Source of the DNA: Stramenopiles sp. TOSAG23-6
Lineage: Eukaryota
Assembly: GCA_900128565.1 (NCBI GenBank)
Contig: LT635931.1
Span: 1-43,508 of the forward strand
Direction: 5' to 3'
DNA length: 43,508 nt
Shown: positions 21,698 to 32,484 of the stretch, piece after piece
Position numbering within the stretch: the stretch's first letter is position 1
Layout: each line of letters begins with the position of its first letter
Notes under the pieces: generated by a model
Seen by the model: the letters and a program-made list of their open reading frames with translations, nothing else
The model's database searches: none
What the model was told of the DNA's origin: nothing
Made by a program: the position numbers and the translations under genes

Positions 21698-22671
21698 ATG
21701 GAAGAAGACTTGGTTAGCCGGGATTTATTCAAAGTTGGAAAAAGTGCTATAGATTTATGTGCTTCCGTTGAACGTATTCAAAGAGGCCTTTTTCTTCCTT
21801 TCTGGAATCATGTCGCACGTGTTGTACTTCCTGTAAAAATTCGTGGTTTCCCCTCAAAATTTATTGCAGCTGAGCCAAACAATACAACAACTGGACATCC
21901 GGTGTATTTAATTGAGGGTTGTAGTCTAGTTGCAGTATTTTTATTGAAAGCTCGTGATCACCAGAGGCATTCACAATATACTTGTCCTATCGCTGGACCA
22001 ACTCAGCATGGATTTCGAGTGAAGTTTGATCCTGTCGGGGGGTTCTTGACATATCATAGTGATGATCCTCGTTTTGCAGAAAAACATATAGTCTTGTGTA
22101 TATTTCCACAAAATTATTGGCAAAGTGGAGACGTTGTATCTGAAATGCGTCGCTCTGGTATTAACTCCGCATCAAGTCCGAATTGGGGTACGTTTTCATC
22201 ATAAATTTATTTTTTTCATACCAAATCCAAAAAGGTTTTATACCTAACAAATTTCACTTTTTTGCAATATTTTCTCAAAACACATGTCCCATTCTAGATG
22301 ACTTTAGTGCTGTACAGGCGAGACTTCACCGTTTACAGGAGGAAGTTGTACCCTCTTTAAAATATTGGTTATTTCAACCTCATCAATTAACTCATGCTAT
22401 ACCTACACTTCTTACAAGCCGTATTCTTGTTGAAATTGAGAAAGCAGATGACTCAATTGCCCGTTCAGCCAATTGGGGCGTATTTAAAGCCATGGCGAAT
22501 AATTTTATAAAGGATTCTCTTAATTCTTCATCGCTGTCAGATAGTTCAGATAATGTTGAAAATTTTAATTCGAATGGTGATTCTAAACTTCCATCCCTTC
22601 AGAAAATCACAGGACACTACAATGCGATGTGTCAAAATATTTTTGAAGATTATAAAGAAAAATGCAAATAG
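21698..22671 (+). CDS. Probable Mediator subunit MED8-like protein; exons 21698-22187, 22286-22671
   Basis: Spliced PNWGPILDDFSAVQARL..L..WLFQP..AIPTLLTSRILVEIE resembles the MED8 core (W..IL.QFS...V.P...LP.LL.SK..PE.E) from memory. Confidence 0.55.
22188..22285 (+). other. GT-AT intron (98 nt)
   Basis: TGG G|GTACGTTTT...TTTTATACCTAAC...CAAAACACAT|GT CCC joins two ORFs in frame. Confidence 0.8.
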
Positions 22672-22789
22672 ACAACTACTTTTCATTTTTTTTTTAAATA
22701 ACGCCCAGCCCTACTTAATGAATAATAAAAATCTAAATTAATACAAGGATAATAAAAAAGCCAAATTAATTGTCAATAAAACTTTGATA

Positions 22790-22894
22790 TTTTTATTTGT
22801 TGTTGTTACATAACCAAGTCGAGTACTCTTTTGTACAATGTTTTTATTTGTTTTTGTTACATAACCAAGTCGAGTACTCTTTTGTACAATGTTT
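22790..22894. repeat. 51-bp tandem duplication across the TTL stop codon and 3' UTR
   Basis: TAACCAAGTCGAGTACTCTTTTGTACAATGTTT starts at 22811 and at 22862. Confidence 0.9.
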
Positions 22895-24933
22895 AGGATC
22901 CCAAAGAATTTCAAAACCTCTCAGAAAAGGAATATATTGTGAAAAAATATTTTGTTTTGGTTTACAAAAATTCATTAGGTACAAAATTTTCTATAAAAAA
23001 AATTAAAATTTCAAAATTGAAAACGTACACACCAGATCTGGACATTCCGCTTGACTGCTTCATTTCCGCTGTTTCAATTTCTTTCCTTAATAAATCGTCG
23101 TCATCAATTGTATTAAAAACATCTTCTAATCCCTCTATATTCTCTTTTGTTTCCGAGTGTTGAGGCAAAGCTTCAACAATTTCGTCATTTTTATCTGTTA
23201 ATCCGTCTATATTCTCTTTTGTTTCCGAGTGTTGAGGCCAAGCTTCAACAATTTCGTCACTTTTATTTCTCAGAGCAATGGTTTGGTCAACTGTTAGATA
23301 TTTTGCAGCTGCTCTTGCCGCCTTAATAGCTATCCCAATATTACCATTACTACTATTCTGCAAGATATCCGAATCAAGTATTGGAGCTATTGGATCTATA
23401 GCACAATGTACTAAGTCTTCAGTCATATTGGGCATCAAATCAGCTGCAACAGCTGGTGATGAATTTACTTCAATTAATGATACTTGAAAATCAGGTTCGG
23501 CACTTACCATGAGATCAAATCCAAATAAATGAAAACTGGAATAGGACACAAATTCAGCATTTTCCATCATATTTCTTGCTGCAAGTAGTGTATGCACTAC
23601 AATAGCCTTAATTTGAGGATATATTTTTGTATAAAAACTATTTGTTTTGCCATGTGTAGCAATCATCCAATTATCAAAATCAGCCCACCACATTTCGTTT
23701 GTAGGTTCATGTATTGTGAAGAAATATTTCAAAAAAAAAATTTTAATTTGTTAGGTACGAAATTTCGTACGAAAACAAAATTAAATTAGAAATTCATATA
23801 AAACGTACATATTTTCCATATTCTGGATGTTCCTTTGCAATACAGTGATTTGATAAATGTGTAAAACGATCGTTCAAGTTATCTAAGTTATATGGTGTAG
23901 CAGCCGTTCGAAGTACACCTTCACGATAGAGACAAATTCTATAATCGCTTGTCAATAAAACCCATGCATTGTAAAATATATTTAAGTCTGAAATCAGTTA
24001 GGTACAAAATTTCGTACGAAACCAAAAACAAAAAAAATGAAATTGAAATTGAAATGAAGACACACATGCTCTAATGTCAAACTTTCTATTACCAACAACA
24101 GTCAACGGTCGTTCTAAATATTTTTGAACAACAAATCGGTCTTTTAAACCTCGTTCTGTTGAAGCTCTTAATAAGGCTATGATTTCAGAAATATCACTGG
24201 ATAAAACAATGTAAAGTGAAAAATATGTCGCGAAAAAATCGTTAGGTACAGAATGTACTATGAAAAATATAAAAATACAAAAATAAAACTGAAATGATTA
24301 ATGATTAATGAAAATGTACATGTCATCACCACAACCGCCGGCGCTAGGTTTCACAATCCAAATATTCTTTTTATCACTATTCTGGGATTCTATATTGAAT
24401 CTATCGCGTAAGTCTGATAACTCCTTTTCATTTGGATGCTCAGAATTATAAACTATAGCAAAAGGCATTATTTTTGATATATCATACCCTTCATCAAGAC
24501 AATAATCACGAAGTGTTATCGTTTGTTGAGCTTTATCACAAATTGTACGCCAGCCACGGCAAAAATTGACAAGCATTTTGGATCCCCCGTCACCATTACG
24601 TGATCGGACACCGCCTAATACTTTAAAATCGAATCCTTTTCCACACCAACCACCAATTAAAAGATCCAGTCCGCCAATGCATTCTTTATCCTCCTCTTCA
24701 CGCCAACCACCACGATCACGAAGATAAATTGCAACACTGCGATAGATTGATATCGTATGTTTGTACCAGTAATAAGGCCTTAATGATAGCTTCTTATCTA
24801 CCATTGCGGTAAGTGTTTCAGATTTTTTTACTCTTTCGGCGGCCTGCTTCTCAGAAATAGCTAACATGTGAGCTTTCCAATAGGCCATTTCCTCCTCTGG
24901 AGTCGAAAAGGTTGCAGGAATCTCTTTGTCCAT
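22844..24933 (-). CDS. TTL: Tubulin-tyrosine ligase (TTL/TTLL family); exons 24933-24320, 24208-24066, 23963-23809, 23708-23029, 22931-22844
   Basis: WIVKPSAGGCGDDI, VVQKYLERPL..RKFDIRAWVL, LYREGVLRTA, HLSNHCI..YGKYEPTNEM, FHLFGFDLM, LIEVNSSPA; closest in my recollection to TTL proper. Confidence 0.88.
22932..23028 (-). other. GT-AT intron (97 nt)
   Basis: GT|GTACGTTTT...TTTTGTACCTAAT...CACAATATAT|T CCT opens a last exon containing GFEILW. Confidence 0.72.
23127..23266 (-). repeat. 72-bp in-frame tandem duplication within TTL
   Basis: DEIVEAWPQHSETKENIDGL / DEIVEALPQHSETKENIEGL. Confidence 0.9.
23709..23808 (-). other. GT-AT intron (100 nt)
   Basis: TAT|GTACGTTTT...TTCGTACGAAATTTCGTACCTAAC...CACAATACAT|GAA gives YGKYEPTNEM. 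Confidence 0.9.
23964..24065 (-). other. GT-AT intron (102 nt)
   Basis: GCA T|GTGTGT...TTCGTACGAAATTTTGTACCTAAC...TACAATGCAT|GG gives KFDIRAWVL. Confidence 0.9.
24209..24319 (-). other. GT-AT intron (111 nt)
   Basis: GAC AT|GTACATTTT...TTCTGTACCTAAC...CACTTTACAT|T GTT gives GCGDDIVL. Confidence 0.85.
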
Positions 24934-25091
24934 TGCTTTTTTTTCTTGACTACAATTACTGCAGTGTTATATCCTAACAGTGAAATTAAATACCTTTAAG
25001 GGTCAGTAAATTAATGGTGATGTCTTCAATAACTAGTGAATTATAAAATATATCCTTATAGTACAAGTATAAACCACTCACTGTAACGTTC

Positions 25092-25138
25092 AGGTCAACT
25101 CGAGAACGGACGTCCGTTTATTGGACCAACGGCATACC
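25092..25138 (+). repeat. Left copy of a ~47-bp direct repeat flanking the GC-rich gene
   Basis: AGGTCAACTCGAGAACGG-A-CGTCCGTTTAT-TGGACCAACGGCATACC. Confidence 0.85.
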
Positions 25139-25370
25139 AAAACCCCCCCAAAACCCCTTAATGGTCCCAGGAAGTGTTAAATTTTTGTATAATTTTAAAA
25201 ATTCATTAAGTGCGCAAGAAGTGGACGTTTTAAGTATCTTGTGGTCCAGAGACATTAAATTATACAAAGTACAAACAACTAACTGTCAAACCACAAGACT
25301 ATCTAGTGCAAACGCGCTGTCCGCTTTCTAATGTCAAGCACCAAATATAAGATCTTACATCTCTTTTTCA

Positions 25371-26663
25371 TCATTTCTTGTTCTTGGCCCTGAGCATCTC
25401 AACAGCCTTGACACCCATGAGGTCAGTCAGCTGGCAGGCATCGTAGTAGTCTTCGTCAGAGATATCCGCGAGGGTCTTGGAGCCACCGCAAACGGCCTGG
25501 AACTTGGAGACACCGACGCATGAGCAGTTGAACTCACCGACAACGTACTCGGTCTTGCCCTTAGTGCCATCCTCAGCATCCTTGGGAATGTAATCGGCGG
25601 TCCAGAGGAGGGGCAGAGGCTCTCCAGTAAGGTCGAGGGCGTCCATCATGTGAGGCACATCCTTCTTGAGGTTAGCAAGCAAGCCTGCGTACTTGGCATC
25701 ACCTGGCTTATAGTAGGTGTAGGCAGAGTTGCCACCGACGGCGGAGAGACCACCCTCGGGCTTCTTGTGGATCATCATTTGGCAGGTGTCACCGACCATG
25801 AGGATACGGACCTCACCTTCGGAAATGCGGGGGAGGAGGCGCTGATCGACGAGCTGGGCGCCGGCTTCGCGGCCACCCTTGAGGTACTGACCGGGGAAGG
25901 TAGACTTCCACTCACCAGCATCGGGGTGGTCGGGGCCATCATTGCAGAAGGCAAGGAACTCCTTGACAGTGTGGTACTCAACGTGGTTGTCGTTCATCTC
26001 CATAAGCTTAAGCTTGTCGTCGTCCTCGAGCGAGGCCTCACCGAAGGTCTTGGAGTAGTCCTTGTCCTGGAGCCAGACGAGCCAGATACCTTCACCAGCG
26101 GAGCCACGGTTCTGCTTGATGACACGGGGCTGGAAAGCGCAGGTCTTCTTGAAGCCCTCAGCGAGGGACTCAGCATCGTAGTAAGCGAAGGTGTCAACGA
26201 GACCGCAGCCCATGTTGGCGATCTTGCAGAGAGCATACTTAGCTCCCATCTTGGTCTGCACATCAGGAGAGGACCAGACGAGGACACCCTGGGAGACTCT
26301 TTGTCTCATGGTGGCGTCGAAGCGAGCCTGAGTACCATCAGGGGTGCCCTGGGAAAGCTGACCTGGGTTGATACGGACGATGAGCGCATTGTACTTCTGG
26401 ATGGCGGCCTCGAATGCAGCGTGGTCGTTGGCGTCATAGAGGAGCATATCGCAGGAGGCACCAGCCTTGATGCAACCGTTCGCGATGGGGATGGAGTCAA
26501 TACGGTTACCATCGGGTCCCTTGTCGGTACCACCGTTGGGATGGCTGTTAACCTTGAACTGGACGACGGCACAAGCGAATGAGGGATTTTCGGGTTGGTC
26601 CATCAAAACATTGTGTCTCTTTTGCGAGGCGGCAGAGGCGCCTGAGGAAGCTGAGCAGCCCAT
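25371..26663 (-). CDS. Cj0069-family-like ATP-grasp protein with N-terminal MGC acylation motif (430 aa, intronless)
   Basis: GGTDKGPDGNRIDSIPI, IVRINPG, KMGAK, RVIKQNRGSAGEGIW, VDQRLLPRISEGEVRI, LPLLWTAD, GEFNCSCVG; strong C/G-ending codon bias. Family assignment is from recall. Confidence 0.75.
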   Translation of the reverse strand: MGCSASSGASAASQKRHNVLMDQPENPSFACAVVQFKVNSHPNGGTDKGPDGNRIDSIPIANGCIKAGASCDMLLYDANDHAAFEAAIQKYNALIVRINPGQLSQGTPDGTQARFDATMRQRVSQGVLVWSSPDVQTKMGAKYALCKIANMGCGLVDTFAYYDAESLAEGFKKTCAFQPRVIKQNRGSAGEGIWLVWLQDKDYSKTFGEASLEDDDKLKLMEMNDNHVEYHTVKEFLAFCNDGPDHPDAGEWKSTFPGQYLKGGREAGAQLVDQRLLPRISEGEVRILMVGDTCQMMIHKKPEGGLSAVGGNSAYTYYKPGDAKYAGLLANLKKDVPHMMDALDLTGEPLPLLWTADYIPKDAEDGTKGKTEYVVGEFNCSCVGVSKFQAVCGGSKTLADISDEDYYDACQLTDLMGVKAVEMLRAKNKK

Positions 26664-26723
26664 ATAGGATCTTTGATTTATGACGCGGTTTAAAATTAAT
26701 TACAAATTAATCAATCTCGGTCG

Positions 26724-26789
26724 AGGTCAACTCGAGAACGGTCACGGTATCACGGTCGTCCGTTTATTGCCATGGACCAACGGCATACC
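26724..26789 (+). repeat. Right copy of the flanking direct repeat, with small insertions
   Basis: AGGTCAACTCGAGAACGG[tcacggtatcacggt]CGTCCGTTTAT[tgcca]TGGACCAACGGCATACC. Confidence 0.85.
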
Positions 26790-26837
26790 GTATAGATCAA
26801 GTTCGAACTTGACTTCGAGTTACCAGTCATCAATCAG

Positions 26838-28613
26838 ATGCCGCATTTAGCTGATACTTCGATCATTCCTGGTGATGATCAAAGTAAAGAGCTGAATGTG
26901 AATGAAATATCACATGGAAGTACTCAACTACCTGTGTTGAATTCTCATACCAACAGTGTAACAACAAATATGGGTCAAACAAACTGCGACGGACAAAATT
27001 TAATGTCCACTGTAAGTCCTTTGTTAGAATGTTCAACAACAGAAAATGTTGTAGATACAGCTCCCAATATGCGTACATCGCCGCCGTTGGTCATTAGTAC
27101 GGATATATCGAATCATTTAATAAGCGGTACATACGCAGATAATGTTACCAATTTGCGTGAACAAGAAACCTCAGTCGAAATTTCAACAAACCGAAATGAA
27201 CGACAAATAAGTGGATGGAAAGTTTACTGTCCACATATTTACACCCCTAGTCGAATATTTCTCGCATTTTGTAGCATCATATTTTTCATTATGATGGTAG
27301 TGTTGATATTGTTATTGTTTTTTAGAGTATCGGCTCTTTCTGCTCATAAGTTAAATACAGTCGAACAACTTCAGACAGTCGGCTATAATGAGACTCTAAG
27401 TCTCTATCGAAATTCACTAGCGGGTAAATTTACTGAAACATATACTGAAAGTATACATGGATGTGTGACAGATATAACATTTTCCGAAACGTATTGTGGA
27501 AAGTCGCAATTTTGGGTTCCAAGTGATAAAGACACACAAGAACAGACTTTGGGGGAAAGCGATACAGAAAACGAAGTGAAAAAAGTAATTCTTTGCACTT
27601 GGTTGGTGACATTTCCAACTAATAATAATGAACTTTTTTCAATATCGACTTTTATCAATGTTTCAAAGTATTCGTCTGGTCTAATTATGGTGTATGATGG
27701 CATCTATTCAAATGCAATAGCTCCGCCGTCACAATCGCTAATATTCTCAAGTGAACCCGGTAATGAATTTTCCTTTGATATTTACAGAAACACAACCATC
27801 GAAATTTTGTTTTCGTCCAACGATGATGGGAAGTATGATATTCCACAGTCGTGGCTTGGTCAAAACACTATAAAACCACACATATTTAATACTGAATGCA
27901 GTTTGACGTTTAGTCAGTTCATGTTTTGGGGGCTTGCTCTGGCGTGTAGTGTATTTCTTGCTTCATTTTGGTTGGCTAATTTTGCCTTTCCTTCTTTCAA
28001 AATATTTTGTGAAAACCGAAAAAGCATAAGACGATCTAAAATAATTGATAAAACTTGCCCAATACTAAAAATCACAGAATCTCAATTAACTTATAAAACA
28101 AATCCTACACAAACAAAAACAAATCTAACATCAGAAAGTAAATATGATTCAGGTGTAAAAGAATCGGAACCAAAACCAATTCTTAAAAGTTGCGTTAATA
28201 CTCTGAAAACTTCAATGAATAAACAAAACAGTAAGTCGCAAAGTCGAATTATCATCAAACCGTTAAAAGTATCAAAATACTTGAGACCAATAACACAGAA
28301 AATCAAAAGTCATAAATATCGGAAATCGGCGCGCGTTGTACCACTAACAAACTTAAGAAAAGCAAAGTTGAGGACAAGCTTGGGAGTGATTCCTTCATGT
28401 ATCATTTGTTTATCAGATTTTCTTCCTGGTACCTCCGTTAGATCTCTCCCTTGTGGGCATTATTTTCATGTTAACTGTATCGATCAGTGGTTGAATAAAG
28501 TAACAAAAGATACAAAGAAAAGTCCCGAGAAAAAACATATATCCATAAAATGCCCAATATGTAATTGTGATGTATCGAAAGGCAAACAAACAAACTGGGG
28601 ACTAAATCATTGA
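26838..28613 (+). CDS. Transmembrane RING-H2 E3 ubiquitin ligase with possible CUB-like luminal domain
   Basis: Two hydrophobic helices flanking CTWLV..MVYDG; C-terminal [28 protein letters not shown]. Confidence 0.85.
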   Translation: MPHLADTSIIPGDDQSKELNVNEISHGSTQLPVLNSHTNSVTTNMGQTNCDGQNLMSTVSPLLECSTTENVVDTAPNMRTSPPLVISTDISNHLISGTYADNVTNLREQETSVEISTNRNERQISGWKVYCPHIYTPSRIFLAFCSIIFFIMMVVLILLLFFRVSALSAHKLNTVEQLQTVGYNETLSLYRNSLAGKFTETYTESIHGCVTDITFSETYCGKSQFWVPSDKDTQEQTLGESDTENEVKKVILCTWLVTFPTNNNELFSISTFINVSKYSSGLIMVYDGIYSNAIAPPSQSLIFSSEPGNEFSFDIYRNTTIEILFSSNDDGKYDIPQSWLGQNTIKPHIFNTECSLTFSQFMFWGLALACSVFLASFWLANFAFPSFKIFCENRKSIRRSKIIDKTCPILKITESQLTYKTNPTQTKTNLTSESKYDSGVKESEPKPILKSCVNTLKTSMNKQNSKSQSRIIIKPLKVSKYLRPITQKIKSHKYRKSARVVPLTNLRKAKLRTSLGVIPSCIICLSDFLPGTSVRSLPCGHYFHVNCIDQWLNKVTKDTKKSPEKKHISIKCPICNCDVSKGKQTNWGLNH

Positions 28614-28741
28614 ACTTGTTGTACATAAATATCTAATATAAAGAAATGCAAACAAAATATGGAAAATCGATATAAAAATAAAATATGGAACATTGAATAT
28701 AAATAAAAGATGTACTTATATCCAATTTTTTATATCTATTA

Positions 28742-29431
28742 TTAATTACTTCTTTTTTCATCAACAAGTGCTGGCAAAACACCGTTTCCTCCTCCAATAC
28801 TATCAAATATAGCATGAGGTGTAGAATCACCGGGTAATAATGCAGCAACAAACTCACAGGTTCCACTAGTTGGATCGCCTTGAACATACATTATACCTTC
28901 TCCTCTGGGACCATACATTTTGAAACGTAAGCGAATACGCTCTTCTTTAGGATTATCTACACAATATATACGCTCAGTGCGATATCCAGTGCGATCAAAA
29001 CCTATAGGAAATCCTAAGCCTCTCTCTACCTCTGGATGGCGGGCAATGCACTTCTGAGCGTGGAGACGGACCATTAGTTCAGGGTTATACTCGAAAAAAC
29101 TTAATATATATTCATGTATTGTCTCTGCCCCCCAAGCTACATATGCTGTAAATGTCAGAGTCAAAGCTATTGCGGTGGATACTACAACCCGACGAGTCGT
29201 TGACCACGGCTGAATTGCTTCTTCGCCACCAATAAGTTGAGCAAGTCGAGAACCTTGATGAGTCAAACCTGGGTGCACTTCGTTTTTTATGTTGGGATTC
29301 GTATTCGTTGAAAAACATTTTCTTGGACGACGACGAATACATGAAATGAAAGGTTTGGTAAAATAACGTTCTCCTAATGATATATGGTGAAATTGAGCAT
29401 GACTAATTAACAATCTGCTATGACGCAGCAT
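28742..29431 (-). CDS. Mitochondrial Tim21/Coa1-like inner-membrane protein
   Basis: Arg-rich presequence-like N-terminus, one TM helix, then HPEVERGLGFPI..RLRFKMYGPRGEG. Confidence 0.6.
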   Translation of the reverse strand: MLRHSRLLISHAQFHHISLGERYFTKPFISCIRRRPRKCFSTNTNPNIKNEVHPGLTHQGSRLAQLIGGEEAIQPWSTTRRVVVSTAIALTLTFTAYVAWGAETIHEYILSFFEYNPELMVRLHAQKCIARHPEVERGLGFPIGFDRTGYRTERIYCVDNPKEERIRLRFKMYGPRGEGIMYVQGDPTSGTCEFVAALLPGDSTPHAIFDSIGGGNGVLPALVDEKRSN

Positions 29432-29629
29432 AATCAATCTAATAGTGAGTAGAGTTGTTGTTGTCTAATTCAACACCAAAGCCTAAAGTTGCGTTTGCGT
29501 TTGCTGTTGTGACATTGCGATTGACACGTGGTGCGGCGCAAAAAACTTTTTTTCAAAAAAAAAAAATCCGAAAGATACGTCGTCTTTCTCGTCAATTATT
29601 TCAAAAACATTTTCTCTCTTCCGCCTACA

Positions 29630-30262
29630 ATGGATGCGAGCGTAGAACCACCTCCAGGGAAAATACACGAATATTTGGAGAAACGCTACTGGGAAAAACG
29701 CTTTGAGAAAGAAGAAAACTTTGAGTGGGTCTGTAGCTATAAGGAGGTTCAAAGTTATCTCTTAAGAGACCTCAAGGTAAACGACCGAATTCTAGTCGTT
29801 GGTTGTGGAAACTCAAATCTATCTGCCGAAATCTTTGATGCAGGGTTCCAAACTGTCGCAAGTGTTGACTTTTCTACAGGGGTGATTGACAAAATGCGAA
29901 AAAGATACAAGGATTCACATCCAAATCTCCAGTGGTCTGTTGCCGATGTATGCAATTTAAAGAATTTCAAAGATGGTAGGTTTGATGTAGTCATAGAAAA
30001 GTGCTTACTAGACACATTAACGACAAATGAAGGAAGCGTTTGGAATCCGAATAATCAAACGAAGTCAAGAATGAAAGAAGCACTCACAAGCATTGACCGA
30101 GTTCTCACAAATAAGGGTACATTAATATCAATTCACTTTCAGCAACCTCATTTTCGTAATGAATACTTGAAGTGTGATTCTTTTAGGTGGAGTGATAGAA
30201 TAAGTACATTTCCAATTGATTATGGTCTGGGCTACTTTTATACACTGTGTAGTAATAAATAA
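29630..30262 (+). CDS. SAM-dependent methyltransferase, EEF1AKMT4/METTL13-N-like
   Basis: Y..KRYWEKRF..FEW, ILVVGCGNSNLS, VDFS, FDVVIEKCLLD, F.QPHFR. Confidence 0.85.
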   Translation: MDASVEPPPGKIHEYLEKRYWEKRFEKEENFEWVCSYKEVQSYLLRDLKVNDRILVVGCGNSNLSAEIFDAGFQTVASVDFSTGVIDKMRKRYKDSHPNLQWSVADVCNLKNFKDGRFDVVIEKCLLDTLTTNEGSVWNPNNQTKSRMKEALTSIDRVLTNKGTLISIHFQQPHFRNEYLKCDSFRWSDRISTFPIDYGLGYFYTLCSNK

Positions 30263-30631
30263 ATGTACAGTTGATTCAACCCTGTGCCGGTAAAACTATT
30301 TTTTTTTCTTACAAAAAATACTCACATTTTGAGATTACTTTAGCGGATTATTTCTTCAAAAGTGTATTTTCATATTTTGTCAATTTTCAATATGCTGAGA
30401 TTTTTGATTTGTAATTTCTGGGAGACGGACCAGACTGACCTATTTTCCATGTCGTATCCGCCAGGGGCGCAACATCGCATGCGAAAAGAAATGAAAATGG
30501 ACAAGCCACGGTTATAGTGATATGAAACATTTATTATTTCAATATAAGAGTGAAGGAATGACTTATAAAGATATACTCAATAACTGTTTAACATAACATT
30601 ATTTTCTCTTTTCCCAAGTCACATATCAACA

Positions 30632-31996
30632 TCAATGATGACCCATTGAGTCACAGTAACTCATGGATTTATAATACAAATCAGCTAAATGAGCTAAAAA
30701 ACCATTGCCGTTATAATTGACATTTTCTCGGTATGCTAAAAACATGAATGCAATTTTGGGAAAACTGGTATAAAAACTCCCCGGGGTCATGTGCAAAGTC
30801 AGTTGAGAGAGAAGTAAAAAGGCATGTTCAATTTCTCCGGCATCGCATCCTTTCTCAATAACTTGTAACATTCTCTCAATCAATTGGGTGAGACTTTTTC
30901 GTGTCTCTGCCCTTGTGTTTTTGTTACCCTCAATCATGTCTACACCAGCTTCAACACCTTTCGCAATCGGTTTTCCAAATGGTAATACGGACATACCTTT
31001 TAGGAGAGACCCTACTCCTCGTGCACCGTTTTTCCAACTCACTTTTTTTTTCGCATTGCGTTCCTTCTTTGACTGAATTTCATCCGCAAAATTCATCACC
31101 ATGCGCCAGCTTTCTACTGTGATTGCAATGTTCGGGATATTATCTTCTTTGAGGGTGAAATCGCTCGAATTAACACCATACCAATGTCTGTACTCTTCTT
31201 CGCGCATTCTTTCCAAATCAGTAGCTTCTTCCAATCCTCTTGCTTTCTTCAATAGTTTTGCTTCAAGTCTTACTCTGAAAGCACTTTTCTGTTCGCCTTT
31301 AAGTTCTTCAAGTTCTTTCTTCCGAAGGGATTGAAAATTAAAGAGAAATGTAGCGAATCTAACCATGGATGGCTCGTACATGCCCTCAAATTCGCAAGCA
31401 TACTGTAATCCAGTTGAACGGATTATTCTTTCGTTTTCGTGAATCACATGATTTATTTTTGCAAAATTCCAGAAGTTCCGAAACTCCTCGCAGCCACTCA
31501 TTCGCAGCAGAATTTTTTTCATCTTTACGAGGTTTGAAGGAGCCTTTTCTTCGGCCGCGGCGAAAGAGATTTGCTTATCCTTCAATGCCTGGAAACACAT
31601 AGGCTTGGTTGAAAGTATTTCTGAATATTTATCAAACTGGTCAGAGTATAGATTCTTATCAGATTTCATGTTTAACATAGGATGGATATTCCCGCGTAAT
31701 TTTTGGCCTGGCAAAGAACTCCAACGCGGGGGAATTTTGCCCTGTTCCTGCATAATCTTTGCGCTTTCATCATATAAAGCTTTCTCTTTTGGGATCAGTT
31801 GCGAGAATTCTGGAGGAATTGCTGAAAAATGAGAATGGCACCGTTCAGCCACTTTGTTTTTAGCATCATCTGCTGCTTCAACAAATTTATGTTGAAAGAG
31901 CAAAGCTTCGCCACTGTCTTCGTTTTCAGCATCATCTGCTGCTTCAACAAATTTATGTTGAAAGAGCAACACAAGAATAAGCAATGTTTTCTTCAT
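30632..31996 (-). CDS. Hypothetical secreted protein (454 aa)
   Basis: Long intronless ORF with signal-peptide-like start MKKTLLILVLLF; no family recognised. Confidence 0.7.
   Translation of the reverse strand: MKKTLLILVLLFQHKFVEAADDAENEDSGEALLFQHKFVEAADDAKNKVAERCHSHFSAIPPEFSQLIPKEKALYDESAKIMQEQGKIPPRWSSLPGQKLRGNIHPMLNMKSDKNLYSDQFDKYSEILSTKPMCFQALKDKQISFAAAEEKAPSNLVKMKKILLRMSGCEEFRNFWNFAKINHVIHENERIIRSTGLQYACEFEGMYEPSMVRFATFLFNFQSLRKKELEELKGEQKSAFRVRLEAKLLKKARGLEEATDLERMREEEYRHWYGVNSSDFTLKEDNIPNIAITVESWRMVMNFADEIQSKKERNAKKKVSWKNGARGVGSLLKGMSVLPFGKPIAKGVEAGVDMIEGNKNTRAETRKSLTQLIERMLQVIEKGCDAGEIEHAFLLLSQLTLHMTPGSFYTSFPKIAFMFLAYRENVNYNGNGFLAHLADLYYKSMSYCDSMGHH
31856..31969 (-). repeat. 48-bp in-frame duplication (66-nt period) of the signal-peptide end region
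   Basis: LLFQHKFVEAADDA encoded twice. Confidence 0.9.
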
Positions 31997-32383
31997 AATT
32001 CAATTGTCCACGCAATAAGATTTTATAATAGAGGGAAGGACGATGACAATTATAAAATAATATTAGTTTTGTCGTAGAAATGTTTGTGATTGTAAATGAT
32101 ACAAGTACGATCGAAAGCTAATAATTATAATACAGTAGTGTCGGTTCCTTCCTGTCTTTTTTTTTTTTTTTTTAACGGACATTTTTTGATACGCGCACAT
32201 GATAGAAAAATTTGAATTTCATCATCAAATACCACAAACCTGCTTATAATTTTTCAAACCGTCAACTGATAAAGAAAATATAGTATACCGACAAAAAGTG
32301 CACAATCTGACCGTTAGGTATCAGATTTTCTGCAACAATTAGTCAACTAACACAAATCAAAAGATTGTACTTGTAAAATAATG

Positions 32384-32428
32384 TATTATTATATCTCTCA
32401 TTTATTATTATATCTCTCATTTATTATT
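32384..32428. repeat. 19-bp tandem repeat in 3' flank
   Basis: TTATTATATCTCTCAT present twice. Confidence 0.7.
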
Positions 32429-32484
32429 GATTTTGATAAATCATGGTAATGGAACTTAAAAATTACATGCATCTACTATTGAGA

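Noticed and set aside
22187-22284. TG...CA register (shift by 1 nt)
   Set aside because: Fits many copies but gives GG...CA here and TG...TA at 22932-23028, and does not align with the AG-ending member; GT donors give a normal GTAYGT consensus.
25650-26582. 310-aa antisense ORF over the Cj0069-like gene
   Set aside because: Shadow frame expected from C/G-ending codon bias; no recognisable motifs.
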